64,000 bases of DNA, taken from NCBI GenBank assembly GCA_001778495.1, contig MFHE01000010.1, forward strand, positions 55,292-119,291, in the 5' to 3' direction. The notes below the pieces were generated by a model that saw nothing but the letters and a program-made list of their open reading frames with translations, was not told the DNA's origin and did no database searches. The DNA is from Candidatus Giovannonibacteria bacterium RIFCSPHIGHO2_01_FULL_45_24. Its GTDB lineage: Bacteria > Patescibacteriota > Minisyncoccia > UBA11713 > 2-01-FULL-45-33. Shown here piece by piece: positions 63,859-64,000 of the stretch. The number at the start of each line of letters is the position of its first letter. Within the stretch, counting starts at the first letter, position 1. The translations under genes were made by a program, and so were the position numbers.

Positions 63859-64000
63859 GCCCATAAGTAGGCACTTTTTCTGCTATAACCGGCCACCGCT
63901 ATAAATCAGCTTATTAAATGTCGGTTTATATGTCAATAGCTGACCCCCCAAAACGCCATAAAATAAAGGAAAAACGGCCATTTCTGCCGTTTAGTTTAAC

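Noticed and set aside
1-64000. Alternative genetic code (TGA=Gly), prophage or IS element
   Set aside because: TGA terminates conserved genes such as gyrB and thyA, and no phage structural genes, integrase or DDE/HUH transposase were seen.

Overview
This is a gene-dense bacterial window using genetic code 11. Its organisation suggests a Patescibacteria (CPR, Parcubacteria-like) genome: most genes lack a Shine-Dalgarno (SD) site, rplK is not followed by rplA, and PheRS is monomeric. That assignment is inference. Positions 1-46.2 kb are one very large surface-glycan locus. It holds NDP-sugar enzymes, about 7 polyprenol-phosphate-sugar synthase-type GT2 domains, about 7 multi-TM GT-C-like proteins, GT4s, methyl-, acetyl- and amidotransferases, a UbiA/HAD/SDR/GtrA module and several unusual fusions. 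It is followed by a lamin-tail/PKD surface protein and secD. A 4.7 kb pyrimidine-nucleotide island comes next: DHFR, a cytidylyltransferase, a deaminase, HIT, an atypical ThyA, a NUDIX and a degenerate TMK. Then come rplK, an inserted NUDIX+GxxExxY cassette, nusG, secE and gyrB, followed by a C39-like peptidase, a mitochondrial-type PheRS, an NlpC/P60 protein, uppS, small ORFs and a 4-gene operon (three wHTH-like proteins plus a PLD-like HDRF protein). The strongest unexplained signals are four. (i) Several families of ~20-40 bp palindromic micro-elements and 7-bp tandem arrays sit in frame inside unrelated genes, including gyrB and secD. (ii) A GxxExxY nuclease cassette is bracketed by inward-facing arrays of a ~8-10 bp repeat. 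(iii) The nucleotide island has a cassette-like architecture. (iv) The terminal wHTH/PLD operon is a candidate defence system. No rRNA, tRNA, CRISPR array or classical transposase was seen. All calls come from reading motifs by eye; no searches were run.
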